Of a DNA stretch of 64,000 bases, positions 54,725 through 64,000 are shown piece after piece. Position numbers and translations under genes: made by a program. The notes below the pieces were generated by a model. The model saw nothing but the letters and a program-made list of their open reading frames with translations. It searched no databases and was not told where the DNA came from. The first letter of the stretch is position 1; each line of letters opens with the position of its first letter. Origin of the DNA: an uncultured Rivularia sp. (lineage in GTDB: Bacteria; Cyanobacteriota; Cyanobacteriia; Cyanobacteriales; Nostocaceae); assembly GCA_963665115.1 (NCBI GenBank), contig OY762007.1, positions 1,984,001 to 2,048,000 of the forward strand. Direction: 5' to 3'.

Positions 54725-54935
54725 AACACAACAAAACTATGAACTATGTGAACTATTTGTTCATATACAAAACTAAATTTCTGCTCTTATTTTTACAAAG
54801 ACAGTAATTCCAAGCCAAAAATTATTTTTTATTAGCTCGTGCAATATTATTTCTCATATTGCATAGTTAACATAACATAATTTTAGTGATGGATGTTACA
54901 GAAGTATTTTATTAAATAAACTATGAGTAGCTTTC

Positions 54936-55727
54936 ATGTACGATAAATTAACCAAATCGTTGATAACATTACTTAGCGACTTTGGAATTCGCGACGAGTA
55001 TGTCGCCGTGATGAAAGGTGCGATCGCGCAAATTAATCCGATATTGAGAACGATTGATATAACGCATCAGATTCCACCGCAAAATATAGCAGCAGCCAGA
55101 TTTTGTTTAATGAATGCTTATCCATATTTTCCTGCGGGTACCGTACACGTAGCGGTGGTAGATCCAGGAGTGGGAGGAAAGCGTAGAGCAGTTGCTGTGG
55201 AATTAGCGCAGGGCTTTTTAGTTGCTCCAGATAATGGTTTGCTTAGTGGAGTTTTAAGCAAAAATTCTGTGATTTGTGCAGTGGAATTAACCAATCCCGA
55301 ATATTGGCTGACATTTGAGGCTAGTACTACCTTCCACGGTAGAGATATATTTGCACCCGTCGGAGCGCATCTAGCTAATGGGGTATCTTTACAAAAATTA
55401 GGGCGAGAGATAAATCCTGAAAGTCTAATAAAGTTAGATTTACCAGAATGCTGTCAGAAAGATGATAGTGTTATAGGCTGCATTCAATATATAGACCATT
55501 TCGGAAATTTGGTTACTAACATTCCTCAAAGTTATGTAGAAGGTACTAATTGGACTGTAGAGATAAGAGGAAGGAAAATAAAAGCGCGGAAAACTTATTC
55601 AGAAGTAAAAGTTGGAGAATTAATTGCGCTTGTTGGTAGTCACGGGTGGGTAGAAATTGCCGTGAATAGCGGTAATGCAAGCTTGAAATTGGATGTAGAT
55701 AATGGCTCACAAGTGCGAATTAGTTGA
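54936..55727 (+). CDS. SAM hydroxide adenosyltransferase (DUF62 family)
   Basis: LLSDFG, VVDPGVG..RR, PDNG, TFHGRDIFAP, IDHFGN. Confidence 0.92.
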   Translation: MYDKLTKSLITLLSDFGIRDEYVAVMKGAIAQINPILRTIDITHQIPPQNIAAARFCLMNAYPYFPAGTVHVAVVDPGVGGKRRAVAVELAQGFLVAPDNGLLSGVLSKNSVICAVELTNPEYWLTFEASTTFHGRDIFAPVGAHLANGVSLQKLGREINPESLIKLDLPECCQKDDSVIGCIQYIDHFGNLVTNIPQSYVEGTNWTVEIRGRKIKARKTYSEVKVGELIALVGSHGWVEIAVNSGNASLKLDVDNGSQVRIS

Positions 55728-56105
55728 TAACTAAATGTAATTTTTTTTAAAATTCTCGTTTGAATATAGTTTTTTTCTATTCACATCTTGCACCAGTCTT
55801 AACAAGCCGAAAGAAACCGAATTTTTGAGACTGTTACAAAAGCTCAATTTATATCTACATACATATTTTAATATATATCTTAAGGTAGATAGAAAATACT
55901 CTCGATCTAATTTTTACCTAAATTTATATCTTAAAAACCAATTTTAACGCTAATTTTTGGAGGTGAGATACTAAGTTAAATACTTTGGTTAAGATTTTCT
56001 ATCCTAATGGAAGATTTAAACATCTACTTTTTTTGATATTAATAATAGATAGCTAAACAGTTAATTACAATCAATTTTTAACTAGATCTATCTTTAATAA
56101 AATCT

Positions 56106-56999
56106 ATGAAAATTACTAATATTTTAAAATACTCAGCTTTGGGAATATTCGGAATATTAAGTGTATTGATTATTTGGGGATTAATTGAACCAAAATTTTT
56201 TGACGTAGAAGAACAAACTGCCATTATTCCCGATCTTCCACCCGCTTGGGAAGGAAAACGCATCGGTCAAATAACTGATTTCCAGGTAGGTATGTGGTGG
56301 GATAATACTGGCACTATGAGTGACGCAGTTAAAAAACTTGTAGAAGAACGACCAGCAGCAGTATTAATTACCGGCGATTTTGTTTATCATTCCTTGCCGA
56401 ATGCATCAGAAGAGCTTAGTAAAGTTACCAGCGCAATTCAACCATTAATAACAGCGAATATTCCGACTTATGCGGTATTAGGAAATCATGACTACAGTCA
56501 TAAACCACCAAAACCAGAACTTGGAAAACAGGTTCAAACTGCTTTAGAAAAAGTAGGTGTAAAAGTATTAAAAAATCAAGCAGTTGAAATTAATTCTCCC
56601 ATTGTTCAAGGAGGTAATCAACCGCTTTATTTAGTAGGAGTTGGTGCTTATATTGCCAACAATTCCGACGTTGACAAAGCTTTATCAGAAGTTCCTGATA
56701 ATAGCCCTCGCGTAGTTATGATGCATAATCCAGCATCCTTTGCAGCATTTCCACCTCAAACTGCACCTTTGGCTGTAGCAGGACATACTCATGGAGGTCA
56801 AATTCGGCTACCATTTACACCACAATGGTCTTGGATATCCTTAGTTAAAGGTGAAGAAGTGTATGGTGATGGCTGGATCAAAAATTATGGTAAAGAAGGT
56901 AATCGTCTTTACGTAAATCGCGGCATCGGATTCAGCGATATTCCGATTAGAATTAACTGTCCTCCGGAAGTAACTTTATTTACTTTACGTTCTAAATAA
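56106..56999 (+). CDS. Membrane-anchored metallophosphoesterase
   Basis: TDFQ, TGDFV, LGNHD, MHNP, AGHTHGGQ, VNRGIG. Confidence 0.92.
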   Translation: MKITNILKYSALGIFGILSVLIIWGLIEPKFFDVEEQTAIIPDLPPAWEGKRIGQITDFQVGMWWDNTGTMSDAVKKLVEERPAAVLITGDFVYHSLPNASEELSKVTSAIQPLITANIPTYAVLGNHDYSHKPPKPELGKQVQTALEKVGVKVLKNQAVEINSPIVQGGNQPLYLVGVGAYIANNSDVDKALSEVPDNSPRVVMMHNPASFAAFPPQTAPLAVAGHTHGGQIRLPFTPQWSWISLVKGEEVYGDGWIKNYGKEGNRLYVNRGIGFSDIPIRINCPPEVTLFTLRSK

Positions 57000-57155
57000 T
57001 TTGCACAGAGTACCGCGTGTTGTAGCGGGATAGTTAATTTATTTTGTGACAAAATATATCTGTTTCGCTTCTAACGCACTATTTATTCTACTATTAATAA
57101 TTAAAATCTGCCGGTGCGTTGCGCTATGCGACAACACACCATACAATTATTATTT

Positions 57156-57824
57156 ATGAATTTTAAAAAACAAGGTTTTGAAATCAAACCTAATTTTATT
57201 TCTATCAATAAATGTAAGTATCTAATTTCAGAAATAGAAGAAAACATAAATTCAGTCAGCAACTATGGTATTCGCAATATCGATAAAAAGGTAAATGCTA
57301 TTGCTTCGGTGGCAAATTCAAAATCCTTCTTGAATTCTGCAAGTTCTTATTTGAATGGAGACGCTTTTCTGGTACGTGCAGTTTATTTTAATAAGACATT
57401 AAATACCAATTGGAGCATTACATGGCATCAGGATAAAACTATTGCGGTAAATAAACAAATAGATTTATCAGGATACAAAGCTTGGACTCTCAAAGACAAA
57501 ATTAATTGCGTTCAGCCACCGCTTACAGTTTTAGAAGATATGGTAACATTTCGCATTCACTTAGACGCAGCAGATCGAGCAAATGGATGTTTGAAAGTAA
57601 TACCCGGTACCCATCGCTTCGGAATTTTGAGCCAACCTGAAATAAATCGAATTAAAAATATTTATCCAATGGTATCTTGTGAAGTTGATGCAGGAGATGC
57701 AATTGTGATGCGCCCTCATATACTGCATTCTTCAGAAAAATCATTAATTTCTAGTAATCGTAGAGTCATACATTTGGAATACTCTTCGTTCAATTTGCCA
57801 CATGGGCTTACTTGGGCAGATTGA
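57156..57824 (+). CDS. PhyH-family 2OG-Fe(II) dioxygenase
   Basis: WHQD, RIHLD, NGCLKVIPGTH, LHSS, RRVIHLEY. Confidence 0.88.
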   Translation: MNFKKQGFEIKPNFISINKCKYLISEIEENINSVSNYGIRNIDKKVNAIASVANSKSFLNSASSYLNGDAFLVRAVYFNKTLNTNWSITWHQDKTIAVNKQIDLSGYKAWTLKDKINCVQPPLTVLEDMVTFRIHLDAADRANGCLKVIPGTHRFGILSQPEINRIKNIYPMVSCEVDAGDAIVMRPHILHSSEKSLISSNRRVIHLEYSSFNLPHGLTWAD

Positions 57825-57886
57825 CGTAGGGCTTCCCCGGATTCGAGCTAACATAACTAAAGATGATAGGAGATAAATTTATAGAT

Positions 57887-58531
57887 ATGACAGTAGCTCA
57901 AACTTCTGCCCGCCAACTTTTACGAGAAGCTTACGACAATCGTTACACTTGGGACAAGAATTTCCCCGGTTACACCGCAGATGTAACTTATAAATATGAT
58001 GGTAAAGAATTTAAGGGAAAAGTCCGCGTTACCTCCGATTTGAAAGCCGAAGTTTCTGATATAGAAGACGCACAAGCTAAAGAAGCAATTAACAATCAGT
58101 TGTGGGAAATAGCCATTCATCGCATTAGACGCGAATTTGAAGATTCTCATAAAGATAATACTTTTAGCTGCGGAGATACCGACGAATCCGGTGCCGTAGA
58201 AGTTTTAGTCGGTGGTAAGGCTTCCGGAGACAAATACAAAATTCGCGATCGCGAAGTAGTACTAGTTCACCGTCACATTCACGCTATAGTAGTGACCATC
58301 AATACTTTCAGCACTCACGATACTGGCGCAGGCTACCTTGCTCACCGCTATGATTCGGTATATCACGATCCGAAAACAGGCGAACAAAAAGGTGGAAAAA
58401 GCGAATTTGAAGATAAATACGAAAAAGTTGGCGATTATTCCATTCTTAACGAACGGATAATTACCACCGAAGTCGAAGGAAAGCCCATGACTATGCAGTT
58501 TATCTTCTCCAATATTCAGATGTTGGGATAA
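57887..58531 (+). CDS. DUF3386 family protein
   Basis: AYDNRYTWDKNFPGYTAD...IHRIRR. Confidence 0.85.
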   Translation: MTVAQTSARQLLREAYDNRYTWDKNFPGYTADVTYKYDGKEFKGKVRVTSDLKAEVSDIEDAQAKEAINNQLWEIAIHRIRREFEDSHKDNTFSCGDTDESGAVEVLVGGKASGDKYKIRDREVVLVHRHIHAIVVTINTFSTHDTGAGYLAHRYDSVYHDPKTGEQKGGKSEFEDKYEKVGDYSILNERIITTEVEGKPMTMQFIFSNIQMLG

Positions 58532-58622
58532 TTTGGCAAGGGAGATGGGGAGATAGCGAGACAAGGAGAAGTTTAAATAATTAATTCCTAATTCCTAACT
58601 CCTAATCCCCAACTCCTAACTC

Positions 58623-59000
58623 CTAACTATTCTCTCGTAGTTTCTGAACATTATCTTCCCAGTTTTTACCATCAAAAGGTACAATTTCAAATTGCGATAT
58701 CACATCGCCATCAAGGCAGCGTAGATTTACGTCAACACAGTCGGGATGACTGCGAGGAATATAAAAAGAATGAATTCCGCAGTTTTTACAAAATTTATGC
58801 TTGGCTACACCAGTATTGAAAGTGTAAGTTGTTAAACTATCTTTACCCTTCATCAAAGTAAAGTTGTCTTGCGGCACTATCAAATGCAAAAAACCTTTTT
58901 TAGCGCAAATTGAACAGTTGCAGTCATCACCTTTGAGATTATCAACTACAACCCGAAAACGTACCGCACCACAATGACATCCACCTTCGTAAGTATTCAT
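58623..59000 (-). CDS. GFA family (CENP-V-like) protein
   Basis: GGCHCGAVRF, CNCSIC, FCKNCG, PRSHP. Confidence 0.92.
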   Translation of the reverse strand: MNTYEGGCHCGAVRFRVVVDNLKGDDCNCSICAKKGFLHLIVPQDNFTLMKGKDSLTTYTFNTGVAKHKFCKNCGIHSFYIPRSHPDCVDVNLRCLDGDVISQFEIVPFDGKNWEDNVQKLRENS

Positions 59001-59011
59001 AACAGTTATCA

Positions 59012-59231
59012 GTTAGGAGTAGGGAGTAGCAAGTAGAGAGTAGAGAGTAGAGAGTAAATCACTTTTTATTATTATTGTCATAAATGTAGCTGCTAATTAC
59101 GTATATTTTTACTTACTACTTACTACTTACTACTTACTATTCACTACTCACTACTCACTACTCATTACTCACTACTCACTACTCACTACTCACTACTCAC
59201 TACTCACTACTCACTACTCACTACTTACTAC
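59012..59231. repeat. Inverted STRR arrays: (GAGTAG.)n then (CTACT(T/C)A)n
   Basis: Heptamers at 59012-59056 and about 17 heptamers at 59110-59231. Confidence 0.9.
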
Positions 59232-59290
59232 TTTAATAATCTCCCCTTGCCCCCGCATTTTCCCATGCCCAATCCCCAGTTACCTATTAT

Positions 59291-59527
59291 TTACAAAAAT
59301 TCCTGTAAAAAGTCTAATGCTTCTTCTTCCCAAATAGGTTCGGGTGCTAACCAACTCAATTTTGTCTTAATATCCTCTTCTATTTCGTCGCTATCTTTTC
59401 TATCAAATAATTCCACCAAGATTTTCCAGTCACGCTCGTTAAATTCCTCTACGGGTGAAGCGTGTACTTCAGTTGTTTTTGGTACCTTACCGATTTTGAT
59501 TGACTTAGGCGAAATATCGCTTTTCAC
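59291..59527 (-). CDS. Small acidic hypothetical protein
   Basis: 78-aa ORF ending WLAPEPIWEEEALDFLQEFL; start uncertain. Confidence 0.55.
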   Translation of the reverse strand: MKSDISPKSIKIGKVPKTTEVHASPVEEFNERDWKILVELFDRKDSDEIEEDIKTKLSWLAPEPIWEEEALDFLQEFL

Positions 59528-59769
59528 AGATTAAATATAAATACGTTTTAATTTGAATTGCATTAATTAAAAAATAATTTTGAGAATGAAGGCTATATTT
59601 CCAGTAAGTATGGAGAAAAACCCGCATTCCTCGCTACGAACAAGAAACTTTACTTTTATTTATCGTATGTTAATGAATATTAATAATTATTTACTTTCTT
59701 ATTTCATAAAAAACTACCTGTAAAGTATTTTAAGTGAATGTTCATCCTATCCTACTCAAGCCCTTACCC

Positions 59770-60447
59770 TCAACGTTGATGAACATTGTCTAAGGATTGC
59801 TCAATTAATTCCAAATGAAAGACTTCGGCAAAGCAGCGTGCAGTATGAAGCCGTACCTCCGCACAAGTAATACCGGGAATCCATTCGGTTAAACTTGCTA
59901 CTGCTTTATCTGATATACCGCAAGGCACAATACGCTCAAATCCTTTCATGTCGGGACAAACGTTTAAAGAAAATCCGTGCATGGTAATCCAGCGAGTCAC
60001 TTTTATACCAATCGCCGCAACTTTTCGCCCTTCCAACCAAACACCAGTGAGTGATGGTATTCGTTCTCCTTGCAATTTGTAAACTGCTAATACGCGAATT
60101 AATACTTCTTCTAATTGACGTAGGTACCAGTGCAAGTCTTGACGATGGCGCTGTAAATTCAAAATTGGATACCCCACTAATTGTCCGGGGCAATGGTAAG
60201 TCACCTCTCCACCTCGTTCAATTCGATGCACTTCATAAGTATTTTCATCAATATCAAATTTGAGAAATTCGCTGTTTGCTGCTTTTCCTAAAGTGTATAC
60301 AGGAGGATGCTCAAGCAGTATCAGCACGTCATCTAAACTGGGGTCTTTTACGCGCTGACTTTGAAGTTCTTTTTGCCACTTCCACGCATCTAAGTACTTT
60401 ATTACTGCTTGGTTATATAGCAAACATCGGTTTAAAGTGTCAGACAT
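59770..60447 (-). CDS. lipB: Lipoyl(octanoyl) transferase
   Basis: [47 protein letters not shown]. Confidence 0.97.
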   Translation of the reverse strand: MSDTLNRCLLYNQAVIKYLDAWKWQKELQSQRVKDPSLDDVLILLEHPPVYTLGKAANSEFLKFDIDENTYEVHRIERGGEVTYHCPGQLVGYPILNLQRHRQDLHWYLRQLEEVLIRVLAVYKLQGERIPSLTGVWLEGRKVAAIGIKVTRWITMHGFSLNVCPDMKGFERIVPCGISDKAVASLTEWIPGITCAEVRLHTARCFAEVFHLELIEQSLDNVHQR

Positions 60448-60942
60448 ACTATGAAAACTGATAAAAGGCAAGATATACGAGGTACCTAATGTGTTTCAAG
60501 TTACCCAGATTAAGTCAATAAATGTCAAGCAATGCAAAGGATTTTAAAGGAAAGTCACATAAACCTGTTTTGTAAAAAATGAAGTGTTAATTTGAATATA
60601 TAGCTCAATGTTGGAGGAGTTCTCTACAAGCCATTACGCTCAAGAAAAGTCTATATGTAGGCAGCGTATGGTTTCTACTAGGTTTTGAGGGAAAGCATTT
60701 CTAAGAAGATTTGTTTTTGTTTGTTAGCAATCCCCGGTTATAACGGATATAACCGACTTAAGTAGAAAAAACGGAATCATTAAACCGGAGTTTAACTTAA
60801 ATACGAGAAAATCTTGCATTAAGCAAGAATCGTTTATTGACTAAAGCGTTTCGGAGCTTAACAAAAACGGTAGTTACCTGTAACTAACCGTAATTCGTTC
60901 ATTTGTTTATACCAAATAAAATATTTCAGCGGGAGAGTTTTC

Positions 60943-61602
60943 ATGAAGCTTGTTATCCACGGCAAAAATATTGAAATCACGGATGCGATTCGGGAATACG
61001 TGCATCAAAAAATCGAAAAAGCTGCGAGTCATTTTCAGCATATTACTAACGAGGTTGATGTACATTTAAGCGTAGCTAAAAATCCCCGAATTAATCCCAA
61101 CCAGACAGCGGAGGTGACTATTTACGCTAATGGTAACGTTATCCGTGCCGAGGAAAGCAGTGAAAATTTATATGCCAGTATTGATTTAGTTGCGAATAAA
61201 ATTTCCCGTCAACTGCGAAAATATAAGGAGCGACGACGAGATCAGAAAATTCATGCCCATACCAATAATAATATCGAAGAACTAATTCCAGAAGAAGTAA
61301 TCACAGATTTAATTGGCGATCGCACTCCAGAATTACCTGAAGAAGTAGTCCGTACCAAATATTTTGCCATGCCGCCGATGACTGTTTCACAAGCTTTGGA
61401 GCAGTTGCAATTGGTGGGACACGATTTTTATATGTTCCATAATAGCGAAACAGACGAGATAAATGTGATTTACGAACGCAACCACGGTGGTTATGGTGTA
61501 ATTCAAGCTCGTAATAACGGTCATTCTAACGGTAATGGAAATGGCAATGGTAAAGCTCACGGCAGTTTTACTATGCCTTCCAAAGTCAACTCCACTTATT
61601 AA
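60943..61602 (+). CDS. hpf: Ribosome hibernation promoting factor (long HPF / LrtA)
   Basis: [56 protein letters not shown]. Confidence 0.97.
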   Translation: MKLVIHGKNIEITDAIREYVHQKIEKAASHFQHITNEVDVHLSVAKNPRINPNQTAEVTIYANGNVIRAEESSENLYASIDLVANKISRQLRKYKERRRDQKIHAHTNNNIEELIPEEVITDLIGDRTPELPEEVVRTKYFAMPPMTVSQALEQLQLVGHDFYMFHNSETDEINVIYERNHGGYGVIQARNNGHSNGNGNGNGKAHGSFTMPSKVNSTY

Positions 61603-61718
61603 GTCGCCAGAAGTAAGTTAAATAATTAATTGGAGGGAAAAATCAAAACACTAATCCCAAAATAAACGCTTAACAATCAAATATCACAGCACTTGCATTT
61701 TCTCCCGCGAGTGCTTTG

Positions 61719-61760
61719 GCGGTACAGGTAATATATTTTAAAATACCTGTACCGCTATTT
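61719..61760 (+). terminator. Terminator-like hairpin after hpf
   Basis: GCGGTACAGGTA...TACCTGTACCGC followed by TATTTGTTT. Confidence 0.7.
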
Positions 61761-61986
61761 GTTTGTTTAGTTAGGAGTTATTTAATTTTGGATTTTAGAT
61801 TTTAGATTTTAGATTTTAGATTTTAGATTAAAGAGTTAGCAATTATGAGTTATGAAATATGGTTTGCGATTGTTTAAGAATAATTCTGAATAATTAAATT
61901 ATTAAATCGTATTTCTAACTCAATTTCACCTATAAACAGGTTTATAGTTGAGGAGAAACACAAGATATTCTTAAAGTTATTAAAAA

Positions 61987-62217
61987 ATGTCCCTAGAACC
62001 TTGTAAAGTTTGTGGTGTACTCAACAGTAGTGAAGAAGAAATTTGTCTTAGCTGCGGTTTTCCCACAAAAGGAAGAAAACGACCTGTAATATTTCAAGTA
62101 GCAGCAGTTGTTCTGGTTTTAGTTTTTCTCATACCTTTAATTGCCACTTTAATTAACTTAATTAAACCGCAGCAAAAGCAACTACCAACTAATACAAAAA
62201 CATCTTTCAAATTGTAG
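61987..62217 (+). CDS. Small zinc-ribbon plus TM protein
   Basis: CKVCG...CLSCG followed by one hydrophobic helix. Confidence 0.75.
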   Translation: MSLEPCKVCGVLNSSEEEICLSCGFPTKGRKRPVIFQVAAVVLVLVFLIPLIATLINLIKPQQKQLPTNTKTSFKL

Positions 62218-62469
62218 GGTGTGTTAGAGGCACGATAATATTTCGCTTTAACTAATAACCTTGATACGTCTAACGCACCATCCGAGTATCGCTACAAACC
62301 AAAATACAGGGAGACGTAGCACTGCTACGTCTCTACATTCATGATTTGTTCGATCGTTAATCTAAAAATATCTTTGAATTTACATCACAAAATTCAAATG
62401 GTGCGTTAAGCGCGAATATATATTTTTTGTCATTATCGCAATTAGCGATCGCCCCATAACACACCCTAC
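62215..62469. repeat. Cluster of GTAG-type REP palindromes (REPIN-like)
   Basis: GTAGGGTGTGTTAG...CTAACGCACC; GAGACGTAGCA-C-TGCTACGTCTCTAC; GGTGCGTTA...TAACACACCCTAC; relatives at 13525, 15039, 31242 and 57112. Confidence 0.75.
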
Positions 62470-62474
62470 ATTTA

Positions 62475-63518
62475 TCAGACGTTAGAAACTTCTATTTTTA
62501 TTTCTTCCTGTTCACGAGCATTCAAAGCATCAAGAGTATCCCAAATTTGCTGCAACATTGGCTGTAAACCTTCACCAGTCACGGCAGAAATTATGAAAAT
62601 TGGCGCATAGGAAAGATGATTTAACTGTGTTGCTAATGCTTCTAAATCCACGCTTTCTTTGTCAACAGCATCGATTTTATTTAAGGCGATAATTTGGGTT
62701 TTGTCTCGCAATTCTCGCCCATATGTTTGTAATTCTTGGACAATGGTGTTGTATTCGCCAACTACATCTTCGCTAGTTGCATCAATTACGTGCAGCAATA
62801 CACGGGTACGTTCGATGTGACGCAAAAAATCATGTCCCAATCCCGCACCTTGAGAAGCACCTTCAATTAATCCGGGAATGTCCGCAAAAACCGTACCGTC
62901 ACCAGTTGGTTTTCTAACTACCCCTAGATTCGGTATTAAAGTTGTAAAAGGATAATCGGCAATTTTGGGACGTGCTGCCGATAAAGCCGAAATTAAAGTA
63001 GATTTACCAGCATTTGGTAATCCAATAATTCCTACTTCTGCTAACAGTTTTAACTCCAAACGTAATTCTTTAATTTCTCCATCTAATCCCGGTAAAGCGT
63101 GTTCCGGGGCGCGGTTGCGGTTGCTCAAAAAATACTTGTTTCCCAGTCCACCTTTACCGCCTTCGGCAACTAATAAAGTTTGTTCGGGTTTCGTTAAATC
63201 GCCAATTAAATCACCAGTTTCCCCATTGTAAACAGCAGTACCGCAAGGAACTTCAATTAATAAATCCTCTCCAGATCCACCTGTCATATTTTTCGGACCA
63301 CCGCGAGAGCCGTTTTTTGCCACAAAGCGACGCTTGTATCTGAAGTCCAGTAGGGTTTGCAGGTTGTCAGAAGCAACCAGAAGCACCGAGCCACCGCGTC
63401 CTCCATTCCCTCCCGAAGGACCGCCAGCGGGTACATACTTTTCTCTACGAAAAGCGACAATACCATCACCACCTTTACCTGCTTCTACTTCAATTTTTGC
63501 TTGATCGATAAATTGCAT
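62475..63518 (-). CDS. obgE: GTPase ObgE/CgtA
   Basis: [37 protein letters not shown]. Confidence 0.99.
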   Translation of the reverse strand: MQFIDQAKIEVEAGKGGDGIVAFRREKYVPAGGPSGGNGGRGGSVLLVASDNLQTLLDFRYKRRFVAKNGSRGGPKNMTGGSGEDLLIEVPCGTAVYNGETGDLIGDLTKPEQTLLVAEGGKGGLGNKYFLSNRNRAPEHALPGLDGEIKELRLELKLLAEVGIIGLPNAGKSTLISALSAARPKIADYPFTTLIPNLGVVRKPTGDGTVFADIPGLIEGASQGAGLGHDFLRHIERTRVLLHVIDATSEDVVGEYNTIVQELQTYGRELRDKTQIIALNKIDAVDKESVDLEALATQLNHLSYAPIFIISAVTGEGLQPMLQQIWDTLDALNAREQEEIKIEVSNV

Positions 63519-63564
63519 TTAGTTTTTAGTTATTAGTTTTTAGTTATTAGTTGTTAGTCGTTAG
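63519..63564. repeat. Heptamer array (TTAGTTN)6 between the four-helix-bundle gene and obgE
   Basis: TTAGTTT TTAGTTA TTAGTTT TTAGTTA TTAGTTG TTAGTCG TTAG. Confidence 0.9.
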
Positions 63565-63922
63565 AGTCAGGGATTGAGTTAAGGTATGAGTTTAATTGAG
63601 GTGCTAGATTATCAATGATTGATTTTAGCGATTCTGTCTGTTCCGCTGTTAAGAGTTTACGATAATAGGCACGTCTTAGCCAATGTTGGGTTTCGTACAA
63701 GGAACCTCTAGCAATCCGAATAAATCGTTTATTCTCTTTATTAGTTCCTCTACCTATACCTTCGGCAATATTTGCACCTACACTGTCTGCGGAACGAATC
63801 ATCTGCTTACCAACAGTATCTATCGGCAATGATTCCCATCCATTAACAATTTCCCAGATATTATCGGCTAATCGCTCAGATAATTGATACACCCGTAAAT
63901 CTTGAAACCTCTTACCTGCCAT
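63554..63922 (-). CDS. Four helix bundle protein (23S rRNA IVP-like family)
   Basis: FQDLRVYQ, QMIRSADSVGANIAEG.GR, RFIRIARGSLYET; GGAG RBS. Confidence 0.93.
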   Translation of the reverse strand: MAGKRFQDLRVYQLSERLADNIWEIVNGWESLPIDTVGKQMIRSADSVGANIAEGIGRGTNKENKRFIRIARGSLYETQHWLRRAYYRKLLTAEQTESLKSIIDNLAPQLNSYLNSIPDSND

Positions 63923-63931
63923 TTGTCTCCA

Positions 63932-63974
63932 TAACTAACCACCAACAACTAACAACTAACAACTAATTAACTAA
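63932..63974. repeat. Heptamer array (NAACTAA)6, reverse complement of the 63519 array
   Basis: TAACTAA CCACCAA CAACTAA CAACTAA CAACTAA T TAACTAA. Confidence 0.9.
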
Positions 63975-64000
63975 ATATATTCCGAAATATCCTCTTTACA
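63971..64000 (-). CDS. C-terminal end of an upstream gene (possibly a Mo-dependent nitrogenase C-terminal-domain protein)
   Basis: Reads CKEDISEYI* with TAG at 63973..63971; only 9 codons visible. Confidence 0.45.
   Translation of the reverse strand, partial: CKEDISEYI

Larger units (their letters stand above)
2700..62452. repeat. Dispersed HIP1 octamers (GCGATCGC)
   Basis: Many copies in coding and non-coding DNA, e.g. 2700, 2926, 5139, 7689, 31254. Confidence 0.9.

Noticed and set aside
54936..55727. SAM-dependent fluorinase or chlorinase
   Set aside because: TFHGRD and the conserved Asp/Arg fit the hydroxide adenosyltransferase (DUF62) branch, and there is no biosynthetic cluster context.
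1001..63472. Numerous 60-120 aa ORFs antisense to or out of frame within assigned genes
   Set aside because: Shadow ORFs without motifs or RBS, fully explained by the overlapping real gene.

Overview
AT-rich chromosomal window from a filamentous cyanobacterium, probably heterocyst-forming (Nostocales-like). This rests on abundant HIP1 GCGATCGC sites, heptamer STRR arrays, GTAG-type REP palindromes and a PatX-like RGSGR peptide. Housekeeping genes (ggt, dapL, htpX, aspS, lipB, hpf/lrtA, obgE) are interspersed with a CheB/CheR-PAS hybrid kinase plus REC-GAF-GGDEF-EAL pair, a toxin-antitoxin patch and a ~17 kb Wzx/Wzy-type exopolysaccharide cluster (35.2-52.4 kb). Mobile DNA: a tnpB-only IS605/IS1341-type element cleanly splitting an aldo/keto reductase gene, a 298-bp protein-less IS605 derivative that looks like a stand-alone omegaRNA cassette, an IS630 embedded in a CTAG-joined train of cognate MITEs, and two other TA-flanked MITEs. 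Best candidates for undescribed biology: (1) a duplicated structured RNA motif in the 1.9-kb EPS leader, directly ahead of an uncharacterised Arg-rich Cys/His protein (possible antitermination or regulatory system); (2) a four-helix-bundle gene bracketed by inverted heptamer arrays sitting exactly between an upstream stop codon and the obgE start; (3) a secreted protamine-like peptide. Ten frameshifts all fall in short homopolymers and are most likely assembly errors. All product calls come from motif recognition by eye, not database searches.
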